NCBI GenBank assembly: GCA_049642065.1
Contig: JBAROK010000007.1
Span: forward strand, 2,134-66,133
Length of the DNA: 64,000 bases
Direction of reading: 5' to 3'
Origin: Candidatus Omnitrophota bacterium
Lineage (GTDB): Bacteria > Omnitrophota > Gorgyraeia > Tantalellales > Tantalellaceae
Shown: piece by piece, positions 63,475-64,000 of the stretch
How positions within the stretch are numbered: the first letter of the stretch is position 1
How the letters are laid out: each line of letters opens with the position of its first letter
The notes under the pieces: model-generated
Told to the model about the DNA's origin: nothing
Database searches by the model: none
Seen by the model: only the letters and a program-made list of their open reading frames with translations
Position numbers and translations under genes: made by a program

Positions 63475-63598
63475 CGTATGTATAGGGAAGACATTTCCCT
63501 GCTTTTCATGTAAGTTATTTATTTTAAATAAGATACAGATAAAGGGCAGACAACGCATAAACCCTTTGTTAAATTAGAAAAAGTAAGAAAATATATGA

Positions 63599-63627
63599 TT
63601 GACCAAGAGCTTATTTATATATATAAT
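63599..63627 (+). promoter_or_regulatory. Sigma70-type promoter of the third gene.
   Basis: TTGACC (63599-604), 17-nt AT-rich spacer, TATAAT (63622-27). Located ~65 nt upstream of the ATG, with an alternating (TA)n region around it. Confidence 0.6.
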
Positions 63628-63680
63628 ATATATAGCCTAAAAGTAAGACGATAAAAAAGGCAGATATACAGTTTTTACAG

Positions 63681-63688
63681 GGGGGAGA
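63681..63688 (+). promoter_or_regulatory. Shine-Dalgarno for the third gene.
   Basis: GGGGGGAG, 4-10 nt upstream of ATG 63692. Confidence 0.5.
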
Positions 63689-63691
63689 TAG

Positions 63692-64000
63692 ATGCTGAAA
63701 CGCATCAAGTTATTTAAAATAGTATCAGTATTACTACTGATCGTGTTCGTCCATGAACAGCTTGGATGGACACAGGATGGTGCGCCTGTATGGGCGGATC
63801 TCGAAAACGTCAGCAACATCCCGTCTGGAGAACTTCCTTCTGAAATAAAGATACCTTACGATATTGGTGAAGTGTGTGATGCTACCACCAACGGTACAAG
63901 CGAAGTTATCATAAATATCCAGGATGCTCATGCATCTCTATCTTCCCAGTATTCCATAGTAAATATACTCGATAACCTTGTATCTAATTATGATGTCAAA
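63692..64000 (+). CDS. Start of a third large gene (3'-truncated by the window edge). Its N-terminus is paralogous to that of the 26706 gene.
   Basis: ATG at 63692 preceded by GGGGGGAG (63681-63688) and by a TTGACC-N17-TATAAT promoter. Signal-peptide-like MLKRIKLFKIVSVLLLIVFV. Conserved block IINIQDAHASLSSQYSIVNILDNLVSNY versus gene 2's VIIQIQDAHASLSAQYSIVKLLDSLVANY. Frame open to the window end. Confidence 0.75.
   Translation, partial: MLKRIKLFKIVSVLLLIVFVHEQLGWTQDGAPVWADLENVSNIPSGELPSEIKIPYDIGEVCDATTNGTSEVIINIQDAHASLSSQYSIVNILDNLVSNYDVK

Noticed and set aside
1-64000. Search for tRNA, rRNA, CRISPR arrays, IS/transposon ends and integrase motifs.
   Set aside because: I see no cloverleaf-compatible segments, no regularly spaced direct repeats with unique spacers (the tandem repeats found are in-frame coding repeats), and no terminal inverted repeats or transposase/integrase-like ORFs.

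Overview
The window is almost entirely three co-directional (+ strand) giant genes. (1) A CDS open from the left edge of the window to 26272; the ORF-track TTG start at 65 is not a real start, because the frame stays open back to nt 2. At least 8,756 aa lie in the window and the gene begins upstream. (2) A 36.6-kb CDS at 26706..63335 (12,208 aa). (3) The first ~100 codons of a third gene at 63692..>64000, whose signal-peptide N-terminus is paralogous to that of gene 2. The two intergenic gaps each carry a rho-independent terminator followed by a near-consensus sigma70-type promoter and a Shine-Dalgarno, so the genes look like independent transcription units. I see no rRNA, tRNA, CRISPR or mobile elements. 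The ~130 reverse-strand ORFs in the track all lie antisense inside the giant genes and are treated as spurious.

Gene 1 reads like a membrane-tethered polyenzyme, with these domain-like regions in order:
- PEP-utilising-enzyme His domain
- PEP synthase/PPDK N-terminal ATP-grasp-like nucleotide-binding domain
- 2-phosphoglycerate-kinase-like P-loop kinase
- a circularly permuted cofactor-independent phosphoglycerate mutase (iPGM)
- a Walker-A-dead second kinase copy
- an SLT lytic transglycosylase behind a TM anchor
- a 2H/LigT-like phosphoesterase
- a sugar-1-phosphate nucleotidyltransferase with a left-handed beta-helix
- a DUF89-like phosphatase
- two ~3-kb paralogous modules (TM/YYLLGK, HIT/GalT-like, radical SAM, HD), one with intact catalytic motifs and one with every catalytic motif lost.

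Gene 2 is a giant signal-peptide/polytopic membrane protein. It has an embedded SecA-like ATPase motor with an internal segment duplication, a 12-helix membrane block, a ~2,800-aa coiled-coil stalk, YD/Rhs-type repeats and a duplicated novel ~160-aa domain. It also has several short in-frame tandem repeats, a second large TM block and a cellulose-synthase-like GT2 domain (DDG, DxD, ED, QxxRW) flanked by TM helices.

This tandem array of giant mosaic genes, combining cell-wall-lytic, secretion, polysaccharide-synthase and sugar-phosphate/nucleotide-metabolism domains, is the most notable thing in the window. Giant genes of this kind have been reported in candidate-phylum bacteria (for example Omnitrophota); that attribution is my inference. 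Every domain call comes from motifs I recognised by eye in the translations, not from a database search.
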